Assembly (NCBI GenBank): GCA_040902515.1
Contig: JBBDXB010000006.1
Coordinates: forward strand, 2,219 to 66,218
Origin: Patescibacteria group bacterium
GTDB taxonomy: Bacteria > Patescibacteriota > SICC01
Direction of reading: 5' to 3'
DNA: 64,000 nucleotides
Shown here piece by piece: positions 1-11,699 of this stretch. Positions within the stretch are counted from its first letter, which is position 1. Each line of letters opens with the position of its first letter. The translations under genes were made by a program, and so were the position numbers. Under the pieces are notes generated by a model. It ran no database searches. It had not been told where the DNA came from and worked only from the letters and a program-made list of their open reading frames with translations.

Positions 1-2412
<2,412 letters not shown>

Positions 2413-2540
2413 CGAAACACTCCCTCCTAATTAGTGGACGCACGGTAATGGCCCGTACTACGCAAAAAATACATCACGAGCAGTTGCTCACGATGACACC
2501 TGCGGTCAAAAACGACGGGGCACCGATACCATTCGGCTCT

Positions 2541-2569
2541 AGCATACGAACCTGGCACCTGGGCGTCAA
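2541..2569 (-). promoter_or_regulatory. Candidate sigma70-like promoter for rpoB: TTGACG, 17-nt spacer, TATGCT
   Basis: Hexamers read directly on the minus strand about 130 nt upstream of the rpoB start. It overlaps the 3' end of the MFS gene. Confidence 0.3.
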
Positions 2570-3852
2570 GTCGTCCGGGCCGACGGAAGCTGGCGGCCGA
2601 GCGGTGGCGAGACGACCGCCCAGACCAGGATCAGCAAGCCCAGCGCGCTGATCACCGCTGTCACGGCATACGCGTCCACCAGCGCGCCGGCAAGCAGTAC
2701 CGGCAGCGTGTTCGCAGCGTTCACGCTCATGCCGAGGAAGCCGAAGACGCGACCACGGACGGCCGGCTCGGAACGCTCGTGGATCAGGGTCTGGGAGGCA
2801 ATCATCACGATCGCCATGGCGAGTCCGAGCAGCGTCGCCGCGATGCTCGTCAGCCCTTGCCGGAGCGCGCCCGAATCGGCATCCAGCAGCCCCGCGGCGC
2901 GATCCGCGAGCGGTTCGACCTGTCCGAGCGTGCCGATCGTCAGACCCACGACCAGCAGCGCCGTGGTGACGATCACCCGGGCGGAGAACTGGCGGCGCGC
3001 CCGCTGCAGCACCAGGCCGCCCGCCAGCATGCCGACCCCGATCGGCAGGATCACGACCCGGCTCACTTCCCGGAGGTTCGTTCCCAACACCTGGTCCACG
3101 AAGGACGGCAGGAGCACCATGATCACGCCGACGCTGGCCCAGACCACGGTGAGTTGCAGCAGGCCGTAACGCACCGGCGGCGTCCGGCGGACGACGGCGA
3201 ATCCCGCCACCAGGTCGGTACGGACGGTCCGGTACGCGGTCCTGAGCGGGATGCGATGGACATGCTCATGGAGTTTGGGCAACCGGCTACAGGCGATCGC
3301 GGCCGCCGCGAAGCTGGCAGATGCCAGGAGGATCGGCAACGAGTCCCCGCCGACCTGGGAGATTGGGCCGGCCAGGCCGTACCCGACGACGAACGAGGCG
3401 AACAGGGTCACCATGAAGACGGCGTTTGCCGCCACCAGGCGCTTCCGGTCCACGAGCTCGGGGATCGCCGCCCCTTCGGCCGGCGTGAAGAACTGGGTGA
3501 TCGTCGAGACCAGGAACGTGGTCGCGAAGAGGACCGGCAGGCTGGAGAGGTCGGTCAGGTACAGCAGCACGACACCGGCCCGCAGCACGTTCGTGGCGAT
3601 CAGGACGCTCCGCCGATGCCAGCGGTCCGCGAAGACGCCGGCCACGGCGCCGAAGAGCAGGCTCGGCAACCCGAAGCTCAACACGAAGAGGCTTACCATC
3701 GTCGCCGAGCCGGTCAGCTCGAAGACCCGGATCAACAGGGTGAAGTTCACCATGTTGAACGCGGTGAGTGACAACGCCTGCGATAGCCACAGTTTCAGGA
3801 AATGCCGGTTCGGCTCCAGCTCTCGGATCAGGGCCAGGAAGCGCGGGAGCAT
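2566..3852 (-). CDS. MFS transporter (12-TM-like, efflux type)
   Basis: 428-aa ORF with many hydrophobic segments. The N-terminal region is typical of MFS_1 proteins, and it contains an RWHRR-like loop. Confidence 0.75.
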   Translation of the reverse strand: MLPRFLALIRELEPNRHFLKLWLSQALSLTAFNMVNFTLLIRVFELTGSATMVSLFVLSFGLPSLLFGAVAGVFADRWHRRSVLIATNVLRAGVVLLYLTDLSSLPVLFATTFLVSTITQFFTPAEGAAIPELVDRKRLVAANAVFMVTLFASFVVGYGLAGPISQVGGDSLPILLASASFAAAAIACSRLPKLHEHVHRIPLRTAYRTVRTDLVAGFAVVRRTPPVRYGLLQLTVVWASVGVIMVLLPSFVDQVLGTNLREVSRVVILPIGVGMLAGGLVLQRARRQFSARVIVTTALLVVGLTIGTLGQVEPLADRAAGLLDADSGALRQGLTSIAATLLGLAMAIVMIASQTLIHERSEPAVRGRVFGFLGMSVNAANTLPVLLAGALVDAYAVTAVISALGLLILVWAVVSPPLGRQLPSARTT

Positions 3853-3864
3853 GACAGGCCGGCG

Positions 3865-4521
3865 TTACTTCTGTTTCGCCGGCGTGATGATCTCGTCGAC
3901 CAGACCGTACTTCTTGGCATCCTCCGGCGAGAGGAAGAAGTCACGGTCAGTGTCCTTCTCGACCTTCTTCAGATCCTGCCCGGTGTGCTTGGCAAGGATC
4001 TTGTTGAGCGCATCCTTCATCTTGAGGATCTCCCGGGCATGTATCTCGATGTCCGTCGCCTGCCCGGAAAGCCCCGAGGCAAGCACCTGGTGGATCATGA
4101 TCCGGGAGTTCGGTAGCGTGTATCGCTTGCCTTTCGCCCCGCCGGCCAGGAGGACCGCTCCCATCGAAGCGGCCAGGCCCATGCAGATCGTCTGCACGTC
4201 GGGCCGGATGTATTGCATGGTGTCGTAGATCGCCAACCCCGACGAGACCGACCCGCCCGGGCTGTTGATGTACACCTTGATGTCCTGGTCAGCGCTCTCG
4301 TTCTCCAGATGGAGCAGCTGGGCCATCACCAGGTTGGCGATCTGGTCGTCGATCGGCGTGCCGATGAATACGATCCGCTCCTTGAGGAGCCGCGAATAGA
4401 TGTCATATGCCCGCTCGCCGAATTGGGACTTCTCCAGGACGGTCGGGATCAGGACCTGGTCGCTGATATCGGGCTGTCCGGCGGATGGTGTATTCATGTT
4501 TCGATCGTTCATGGTGCTCAT
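3865..4521 (-). CDS. clpP: ATP-dependent Clp protease proteolytic subunit
   Basis: Contains [24 protein letters not shown]...[41 protein letters not shown]. The Ser-His-Asp triad context is canonical ClpP. Confidence 0.93.
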   Translation of the reverse strand: MSTMNDRNMNTPSAGQPDISDQVLIPTVLEKSQFGERAYDIYSRLLKERIVFIGTPIDDQIANLVMAQLLHLENESADQDIKVYINSPGGSVSSGLAIYDTMQYIRPDVQTICMGLAASMGAVLLAGGAKGKRYTLPNSRIMIHQVLASGLSGQATDIEIHAREILKMKDALNKILAKHTGQDLKKVEKDTDRDFFLSPEDAKKYGLVDEIITPAKQK

Positions 4522-4535
4522 GCCCCCAGTTTACA

Positions 4536-6044
4536 TCAGGCCGGGCGGCGGCGGGTATACAGCGGATAGTGTTCGCGGAGTGATTCGATGGTGCGGATCA
4601 GCACGTCCAGGTTCACGGTCATGCCATGGACCAGCCGGCCGTTCACGAGCCGGGGGCGCAGCAGGATCTGGAGCAGGAACGTCTCCATCTCGGTACTGAG
4701 TTTGAGTCCATGCCGGAACGCGAGCCGTCGGATCAGCTTGCGGGCTTTCTGGCGGAACTCCCGGTCAGGAACCCAGCGGGGCGCTTCTCCGCCACGCTCA
4801 TATGTGATCACCCGCACCGGCCGCCGGTGCGCGCGACGCTTCGGACGGTCCGGCGGCGGCTTTGGGGGAGGCGGCCCCTCAGGAAGCGTTTCCTCCGCTT
4901 CCCGCTCCTTGCGTTGCCGATCCAACCGCTCGTTCAGCTCCCGCCGCTCCTCTTCCGAGAGTTCGGGGTGGCGGGCGACCTCCGATTGCCCCGGCTGCTC
5001 CCGTTCATCCGGCGCTTCCGTCGTCTCGTCCAGCTCCGGCGACCCACCGGCCACCGGCGGCACTTCCGTCTCCCACCATGCGGTCTCGATCCGCTCGATC
5101 GCTTTGCCGAGCGGTGTCCGGGGTTCCGGCGGCAGCGGCTCGTCCTCGACGGCCCCCAGGTCGTCGGAAACCTCCCCGACGGCCCCGCCGTCCGGGACGA
5201 GAACTGGCTCGGGTGCGGATTCGGACGAGCGTCCGGGCACAGGGGGTCCGTCCTCGACCGCGTCGTCACTGGCATCCTCGGCCACGGGAAGGTCGGGCGG
5301 TTCGGATTCGGTGGCGGTCGTCGGACGATGCGAACGCGTCCGTTCGTCGAGGACCACCTCCTCGCCTTCCCGCTCGGTGACTGCCCGTACGACCTCGTGA
5401 CCCACTTCCACCCGGACCTCGTCATGATCCGTCGTCCGTACCGTCACCGAGAGATCGTCCTCATCCGGCAACGCCTCCGCGGCAGCGGCGACCCGCTCGA
5501 TGGTCTCACCGGTCCTGACCGGTTCCTCGCAAGCGGCCTTGACCCGATCTACCAGCTCACGGGGTGCGACCGGTTCGGACTCGCGGCGGGTAGCCAACTT
5601 GATGGAAACGCCGCGTACCGCCGAGGGTTCGGCCTCCTCGAACGCGGTTTCCGACACCAGCCGATGGAGAAGGTGGCGCCCCTGCTCCAGGTGCCACTGC
5701 CCGCCGGAACGTTCGAGCACGTCGCGGACGGCTTCGTACGCCTCCTCGTCACCCAGCTTTTCTTCCAGCTCTGCCAGTGCCACCCGTTTCCGGAACGCCG
5801 CTTCCGCGGCTAGCCGCCGCCGGACCGTTTGGGGATCCGGTTCCGTAGTCTCGATGTCCTCGGGAACCTCCTTGTCCGGATTCCGGTCATGGGAACGTTC
5901 CGGGCGATCCGACGTCTCCTGATCCGCCCGCTCCCGGGACGTTCCTCGGTCCGCCGGTTTAGACTTCCTGGCTCGCCGAGGCGGCCCGGTCTCTGCCTTG
6001 GGCGGTTCTTCGTCGGGCCAGCGCTCGGAAGCCCGTTCTTTCAT
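4536..6044 (-). CDS. Hypothetical protein: about 400 aa acidic Pro/Glu/Arg-rich low-complexity region plus about 100-aa basic/hydrophobic C-terminal domain
   Basis: 502-aa ORF. Its start overlaps the tig stop by 1 nt (TAATG) and it ends 15 nt before clpP. C-terminus: ...RRAHRRPVRVITYERGGEAPRWVPDREFRQKARKLIRRLAFRHGLKLSTEMETFLLQILLRPRLVNGRLVHGMTVNLDVLIRTIESLREHYPLY. I recognise no family. Confidence 0.6.
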   Translation of the reverse strand: MKERASERWPDEEPPKAETGPPRRARKSKPADRGTSRERADQETSDRPERSHDRNPDKEVPEDIETTEPDPQTVRRRLAAEAAFRKRVALAELEEKLGDEEAYEAVRDVLERSGGQWHLEQGRHLLHRLVSETAFEEAEPSAVRGVSIKLATRRESEPVAPRELVDRVKAACEEPVRTGETIERVAAAAEALPDEDDLSVTVRTTDHDEVRVEVGHEVVRAVTEREGEEVVLDERTRSHRPTTATESEPPDLPVAEDASDDAVEDGPPVPGRSSESAPEPVLVPDGGAVGEVSDDLGAVEDEPLPPEPRTPLGKAIERIETAWWETEVPPVAGGSPELDETTEAPDEREQPGQSEVARHPELSEEERRELNERLDRQRKEREAEETLPEGPPPPKPPPDRPKRRAHRRPVRVITYERGGEAPRWVPDREFRQKARKLIRRLAFRHGLKLSTEMETFLLQILLRPRLVNGRLVHGMTVNLDVLIRTIESLREHYPLYTRRRPA

Positions 6045-7327
6045 TACCCCGTGGCGATTTCCACCAACCGGTCCACGGCCTGGCGGTTGCCCAGGATGCG
6101 GCGGACGTATGCCGCGAATTCGTCGGACTTGATCTGCTCCTTCGCCTGGTCCTCCTCGGCGGTCGCGAGCTGGGTCTCGACCTCTTCCTTCACCCGGCTG
6201 TCCGGCACCGTGACGTTCTCCGCTTCCTGGACGGCGTTCAGGACCAGGCTCATCTTCACCCGCCGCTCGGCTTCGCTCCGCTGTTCCGACCGGAAGTCGT
6301 CTTCCGTCTTACCGATCTGCTCGAGGTACTTGTCGTAGGGCATCCCCTGCCGCTCGATGTGCTGGCGGAACTCGGCGAGCATCCGGGTCAGCTCGTCATC
6401 GATCAACGAATCGGGAATCTCTACCTTGGCGTCCTTGGCCACCGCGTCGACCACCGCCTGCTCCGTCTTCTGGCGGGCTTCCTGTTCCTTCTCCTGCTTG
6501 AGGTTGGCGGTCAGTCGTTCGCGCAAGTCCTTCAGCGACTTCGCCCCGAAACCCGTCGCCAGTTCATCGTTGAGCTCCGGCAGCTTCGATTCCTGGACCT
6601 GGCGCATCGTCGCGGTGAACTCGACCGGCTGGCCGGCCAGGCTCTGCTCGTGATACTCCTTGGGGAATGTGACGGTGAACGTCTTCACTTGGCCGATCTT
6701 CATGCCGATCAGTTGCTCCTCGAATCCGGGGATGAACCCTCCCTGGCCGAGTACCAGCGGATGGTTCTCGCTCTTGGCACCGGGAATCTCCTTGCCTTCC
6801 CGCTTCCCCACGAAATCGATCTCCACGCGGTCGCCCTCCTTCGCTTCCCGCTGGACCTGCGCGTAACTGGCACGCCCTTTGCGGAGCTGCTCCAGCGCTT
6901 CGTCGACCATCGAATCCTGGTATTCCGACTGCATCGGCTTCACCTTGACCTTCTGATAGTCGCCCAACTGCACCTCGGGCATCACCGCGACGGTCGCGGT
7001 GTACGTCAGCCCCTTTTCCTCCAGCTGCGTATGTTCGTCCCCGATATCCGTCTGCGGCCGGCCGACGGGTCGCAGCTTGTGCTTCGTGACCGCCTGGTAG
7101 TAGCTGTCCGCGACCGCGAGCTCGAGTGCTTCGTGCGCGATGTGCTGCGGGCCGGTGCGGGCTTCCAACACCGAGCGCGGCGCCTTGCCCTTCCGGAAAC
7201 CGGGCAGGTTGGCTTGCTCGGCGATCTTCTGTACCGCTTGCTCGAAGTACCCCTTCATCTCTTCGGGAGTGATGGTAATACTGAGCTTTACGGCACTTTT
7301 GGGCTGCTTCTCGACGTCAATCTGCAT
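6044..7327 (-). CDS. tig: Trigger factor
   Basis: MQIDVEKQPKSAVKLSITITPEEMKGYFEQAVQKIAEQANLPGFRKGKAPRSVLE... is a typical Tig N-terminus. I chose the internal ATG at 7325-7327. The upstream part of the 512-aa ORF is GC-frame read-through toward the tRNA. Confidence 0.88.
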   Translation of the reverse strand: MQIDVEKQPKSAVKLSITITPEEMKGYFEQAVQKIAEQANLPGFRKGKAPRSVLEARTGPQHIAHEALELAVADSYYQAVTKHKLRPVGRPQTDIGDEHTQLEEKGLTYTATVAVMPEVQLGDYQKVKVKPMQSEYQDSMVDEALEQLRKGRASYAQVQREAKEGDRVEIDFVGKREGKEIPGAKSENHPLVLGQGGFIPGFEEQLIGMKIGQVKTFTVTFPKEYHEQSLAGQPVEFTATMRQVQESKLPELNDELATGFGAKSLKDLRERLTANLKQEKEQEARQKTEQAVVDAVAKDAKVEIPDSLIDDELTRMLAEFRQHIERQGMPYDKYLEQIGKTEDDFRSEQRSEAERRVKMSLVLNAVQEAENVTVPDSRVKEEVETQLATAEEDQAKEQIKSDEFAAYVRRILGNRQAVDRLVEIATG

Positions 7328-7392
7328 ACCGCACCAGTATAACGTGCTCACACTGGCTGTCTGCCCCGGTGGCACCGTCCGGCGGACCGATG

Positions 7393-7476
7393 TGCTGGGG
7401 AGAGGAGTCGAACCTCCACGGGTGTTACCCCACTGGGTCCTAAACCCAGCGCGTCTGCCAGTTCCGCCACCCCAGC
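7393..7476 (-). tRNA. tRNA-Leu (anticodon TAG), type II, 84 nt, CCA not encoded
   Basis: Hand-folded. Acceptor GCTGGGG/CCCCAGC, anticodon stem CTGGG/CCCAG with loop TTTAGGA, long variable arm, T-arm GGAGG-TTCGACT-CCTCT. Confidence 0.8.
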
Positions 7477-7609
7477 GCCCCTCTAGCGTCGCCCGTCTAG
7501 CCGTCGGTTTCAAGCGTGGCAAAGCGGCGGCGGAGCCAACCGCCGTACCGCAGGATCGCCGCGACTGCGGCGCGCAGGACACACAGTTGCAGCATGAGCA
7601 TGCGGCGCC

Positions 7610-8239
7610 TCACACCGTCACCCGCTCGCGCAGCTTCTCGAGCTTCGCTTCGCCGATGCCGGATACCTCGAGCAATTCGTCCACCGACCCGAACGGACCG
7701 AAGGCGTCGCGGTAATCGATGATCTTCTCAGCGGTGGCCTCTCCGACGCCCGGAAGCGTATCGAGCTCCTCGAGCGTAGCTGTATTGAGGTTCACCAGGC
7801 CGCCGGCCGTCGGTGCGCCGTCGCCGCCAGACATTCCGGCGGCCGGGGCCGACGAATCGAGCACGACGGCATCGCCGACCAACGGAACGTATACCTTCTG
7901 ATGATTCTTGAGCGCTTCGGCCTGGTTGAGCTCCCTGGAGATCCGGGGACGGTCCGCGTCCTGCGTGAAACCGCCGGCCGCCTTGATCGCATTCGCGACG
8001 AGACTCCCGGCCGGGAGGCGCTTGACCCCCGGCTTGGCGACGGCGCCCTGCACGTCCACCACGATGTCCTCGGCCGGCGCGGGCGTATCCGGAGCCGGTG
8101 AGGCCAGGGCGTCCAGTACCAGCGGATCCTGCGGCGGTCGAGCGGCTACCACGCCTCCTGCCACGGTCAGCACCGCGATCCCTCCGGCGACGACCATCCG
8201 ATGACGGTACCAAAACTCTTTGATGCGTTCCGTGTCCAT
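7610..8239 (-). CDS. comEA: Competence protein ComEA (SLBB plus helix-hairpin-helix DNA-binding domains)
   Basis: C-terminus LNTATLEELDTLPGVGEATAEKIIDYRDAFGPFGSVDELLEVSGIGEAKLEKL is a tandem HhH. It has an N-terminal TM segment. Confidence 0.85.
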   Translation of the reverse strand: MDTERIKEFWYRHRMVVAGGIAVLTVAGGVVAARPPQDPLVLDALASPAPDTPAPAEDIVVDVQGAVAKPGVKRLPAGSLVANAIKAAGGFTQDADRPRISRELNQAEALKNHQKVYVPLVGDAVVLDSSAPAAGMSGGDGAPTAGGLVNLNTATLEELDTLPGVGEATAEKIIDYRDAFGPFGSVDELLEVSGIGEAKLEKLRERVTV

Positions 8240-8304
8240 GGTTGATTGCTATACCAAGCTACCATAAGCTGAGGCGGATGCCAAGGAGAGACGGGCACCG
8301 AGAC

Positions 8305-10374
8305 TCAGACCAGGCTGGCCACATGCATGACCCGCTGCCGGAGGTCCGGGAACGATTTGAGCCGGGGATCCTGCTCCAGGAGTTCGGTGGCCGCATCTCG
8401 CGCTTCCCTGAGCAGGTTCGCGTCGGCCAGTCCGGCGGCGGACAGCTCGTGGCCGGACTGTTTGAGCCCGACCACCTCCCCCGGTCCTCGCAGTTCCAGG
8501 TCGATCTCGGCCAGCTCGAATCCGGAATCACTCCGCTCCAACGCCTTGAGCCGCTCGTTCTCGACGGTCGAGTTGTCTCCCGGCAGAAGGTAGCAATACG
8601 ACCGGTGCCCCCCGCGGCCGATCCGACCGCGGAGTTGATGGAGCTGTGCCAGCCCGAACTGCTGCGCCTCCTCGATCAGCATGACGGATGCGTTCGGGAA
8701 GTCGACGCCGACCTCTACGACGGACGTCGAGACAAGCACGTCGGTCGCGCCGTCCGCGAACGCTTCCATCGTGGCGACCTTGTCTTCCGTCTTCATGCGG
8801 CCGTGTAGGAGCGCCGTCCGGAATCCTTCGAACACCTTGGTCGCGAGCCGTTCGTATTCTTCTTCGGCCGCCTTGAGGCCGGCCTTGGAATCGGCGATCA
8901 CCGGATACAGCACGAATGCCTGCCGGCCGGCCGCCAGCTCCTCCCGGACCGCTGCGAATGCCGCCTGCCTGCCGGCCGGCGCCACGACCCGGGTGGACAC
9001 GCCGGCCCGTCCCGCCGGACGTTCAGGAATTATCGAGAGGTCCTGATCGCCGTAGGCGATCAAGGCCAGCGTCCGCGGAATCGGCGTGGCCGTCATGCTG
9101 AGGAGGTGCGGCGTTGCCTGTTCGCCGCGGAGTTTCGCCCGTTGCTCCACCCCGAACCGATGCTGCTCATCCACGATCGCCAATCCCAGCCGGTGCCAGC
9201 GGGCGTCCTGTCGAATCAGGGCATGCGTACCGACTACCACCTGCACGTCCCCGGCAGCGATCCGGCGGCGGACCTCCTCCTTCTCCGCCTCTGACTGGCC
9301 GCCGACCAGCAGCGCGACCGTGATCCCGTGCGGCGAGAACCAGGAGTCCAGCGTCGCCGCGTGCTGGCGGGCAAGGACTTCCGTCGGGACCATCATCGCG
9401 GCTTGCCATCCCGCGGCCACCACCTGGTGGGCGGCTGCTGCTGCGACCGCGGTCTTGCCGGAACCCACGTCTCCCTGGAGCAAACGGAGCATCGGCCGGT
9501 CCTGATCCAGGTCCGCGAAGATCTCCTGGAGCGCCTGCCGTTGCCCGTCCGTAAGGGACCAGGGCAATCCGTCCAGGAACCGCCGGGTGACGGCGGAGTT
9601 CGCGGCGATCCGCGGAGCGGTCGTCTCTTCGCGCCAGTGCTGCCGACGGCGCTGGGTGATCAGCTGGCGGTAGAAGACGTGCTCGAAATCGAAGCGGCGG
9701 CGCGCCGCCCGGGACTCCGCCTCATCGGCGGGAAAGTGGATCTGCCGGATGGCTGCCGACAACGGCAACAGGCCTGCTCGCTCGCGTACCGCATCCGGTA
9801 GCGTTTCGGGAAGCCGGTCCGCCGCGGGCAGAAGCGGTTTGATCACGAATCGGAGCCAGCGCGAGGAGAGTCCTTCCGTCTCCGGATAGACCGGCACCAG
9901 CCGGGCCGTGTGGGTCTGCTCGCCCGTCACCGACCGGCGCTCGATCGCCGGGCTCTGGAACGTGGTGCCGTACTTCTTACTGGCACGGAGCTTCCCCGCG
10001 AAGATATACTCCCGCCCCTCCTGCAACGTCTCCGCCAGGTACGGCTGGCCCCACCAGACCGCTTCCAAGTTCGCCTGCTCACTGCCGAGTACCGCCGTCA
10101 CCATCGATCGACGGCCGCGAAGCCGGCGCAGCTTGACCGACCGCACCTTCGCCCGAACGGTCAGGTTCTCTCCGACCGGCAACGTGCGCTCCTTGAGGAG
10201 TGCCGCCAGGTCCTGCACCTGCCGCAGGTCGTCGTACCGGCGTGGAAAATACCGGAGCAGATCACCGATGGTCTGTACGCCGACCCGCTCCAGGCGGTTC
10301 ACGTACGCGGATCCCACGCCAGGTAGCGATTCCACCGGCCGTCCAATGATCTGTTCGCGGGGTAGTTCGTTCAT
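8305..10374 (-). CDS. recG: ATP-dependent DNA helicase RecG
   Basis: 689 aa. Wedge domain and superfamily-2 helicase motifs (GDVGSGKT, DEQHRFG, TATPIPRTL) are present. Confidence 0.9.
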   Translation of the reverse strand: MNELPREQIIGRPVESLPGVGSAYVNRLERVGVQTIGDLLRYFPRRYDDLRQVQDLAALLKERTLPVGENLTVRAKVRSVKLRRLRGRRSMVTAVLGSEQANLEAVWWGQPYLAETLQEGREYIFAGKLRASKKYGTTFQSPAIERRSVTGEQTHTARLVPVYPETEGLSSRWLRFVIKPLLPAADRLPETLPDAVRERAGLLPLSAAIRQIHFPADEAESRAARRRFDFEHVFYRQLITQRRRQHWREETTAPRIAANSAVTRRFLDGLPWSLTDGQRQALQEIFADLDQDRPMLRLLQGDVGSGKTAVAAAAAHQVVAAGWQAAMMVPTEVLARQHAATLDSWFSPHGITVALLVGGQSEAEKEEVRRRIAAGDVQVVVGTHALIRQDARWHRLGLAIVDEQHRFGVEQRAKLRGEQATPHLLSMTATPIPRTLALIAYGDQDLSIIPERPAGRAGVSTRVVAPAGRQAAFAAVREELAAGRQAFVLYPVIADSKAGLKAAEEEYERLATKVFEGFRTALLHGRMKTEDKVATMEAFADGATDVLVSTSVVEVGVDFPNASVMLIEEAQQFGLAQLHQLRGRIGRGGHRSYCYLLPGDNSTVENERLKALERSDSGFELAEIDLELRGPGEVVGLKQSGHELSAAGLADANLLREARDAATELLEQDPRLKSFPDLRQRVMHVASLV

Positions 10375-10405
10375 GGTCGAAGGGTGTGCGCTCCCTCCGA
10401 CACCG

Positions 10406-11626
10406 CTAACGCGTTACCTTGAGAAACTTCCGTTTGCCGACCCGGATCACAGGGTAGGTGCTCGCCACGATCGACGTGTTCGGATCCGACTGGACCACGT
10501 CGTTCACCTGGACCGCGCCCTGCTGTACCATCCGGTGCGCTTCGGACGAGCTCTTCACCAGACCGCTCTCCTTGAGGACCTTCCAGAGCGGTACGGCCAG
10601 CGCCGAAGAACGCCAGGTCGGCACCTCACGGGGGGTCGCCTTCTTCTGGAAGACCCGGACGAAGTGCCGCTCGGCCTTCTCCGCCGCCTCATCGCCCTGC
10701 ACTTCCCGGACGATCGCCCGCGCCAGCCGCATCTTGGCGTCACGCGGATTGTCCTTGAAGATCCGCCTCACCTCGTCGAGTTCCTCGTCCGGAGTCCGGG
10801 TGCACCATTCGTAGGCAGGAAGCACGACCTCGTCCGGCAAGTGCATGATTTGTCCGTAGAGCTCCTGGGGTTTGCCGGCGATCGCGATCGCGTTCCCCTC
10901 AGTCTTGCCGATCTTCACACCCTTGGCATCCGCCAGGATCGGTGTCGCCAGCACGAACTTCTCCTTGTCGTGGTAGTCCTTCTGGAGCTTCCGGCCGGCC
11001 AGCATGTTGTAGGTCTGGTCGGTCGCGCCAACTTCCACGTCCACGTTCATCGCCACCGAGTCATATCCCTGCATCAGCGGGTAGAGGAACTCCCGGAGGC
11101 TGATCGGTTTGCCCTGGTGTATCCGCCGCTCGAACATGTCGCGCTCGAGGAGCTGCTGCACCGTGAAGTGACTCGCCAGCTCAGCGATATCCGCGAACCT
11201 GAGCTTCTCCAGCCAGGCGGAGTTGTAACGGACCTTAGCGGGATTCTTGCCGCGGAACTTGAGGATGGATCCCGCCTGGGCGCGATACCCCTTGGCGTTC
11301 GCGAGCACTTCCTGCTTGGTAAGCGGCTGGCGCACGGCCTGCTTGTCGGTCGGATCCCCCGTCTGGCCGGTGAAGTCGCCGAGCAGCACGGTCACCTCGT
11401 GCCCGAGCTCCTGGAAGTGCCGGAGTTTCTGAAGGACGATCAGGTGTCCGATGTGGAGATCGGGGGAACTCGGGTCCAGCCCCAGGTAGATCTTGAGCCG
11501 TCGCCCTTTGCGCAACACGCCCGCCAGCGCTTCCCGGGAGGGGTAAATCGAGTCCACGCCGCGATCCAGGACCTGGGAAATCAGGGTCTCCTTCGGTAAC
11601 TCGGGTTGGTTAGCGCGTTTTGCCAT
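10406..11626 (-). CDS. tyrS: Tyrosine--tRNA ligase
   Basis: HIGH motif (HIGHLIVL) and KIGKTEG (KMSKS-class) are present, with a C-terminal S4-like domain. Confidence 0.92.
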   Translation of the reverse strand: MAKRANQPELPKETLISQVLDRGVDSIYPSREALAGVLRKGRRLKIYLGLDPSSPDLHIGHLIVLQKLRHFQELGHEVTVLLGDFTGQTGDPTDKQAVRQPLTKQEVLANAKGYRAQAGSILKFRGKNPAKVRYNSAWLEKLRFADIAELASHFTVQQLLERDMFERRIHQGKPISLREFLYPLMQGYDSVAMNVDVEVGATDQTYNMLAGRKLQKDYHDKEKFVLATPILADAKGVKIGKTEGNAIAIAGKPQELYGQIMHLPDEVVLPAYEWCTRTPDEELDEVRRIFKDNPRDAKMRLARAIVREVQGDEAAEKAERHFVRVFQKKATPREVPTWRSSALAVPLWKVLKESGLVKSSSEAHRMVQQGAVQVNDVVQSDPNTSIVASTYPVIRVGKRKFLKVTR

Positions 11627-11699
11627 GGATTCTTCTGCTCCTGTCCATTATAGCTATACTTAGATAGCTGATAGCCAGCGAGTCGACGGTGCACACTAC

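Noticed and set aside
11627-11699. T-box leader upstream of tyrS (and leuS)
   Set aside because: Only 73 nt (77 nt for leuS) separate the start from the divergent neighbour. That is too short for a T-box riboswitch.
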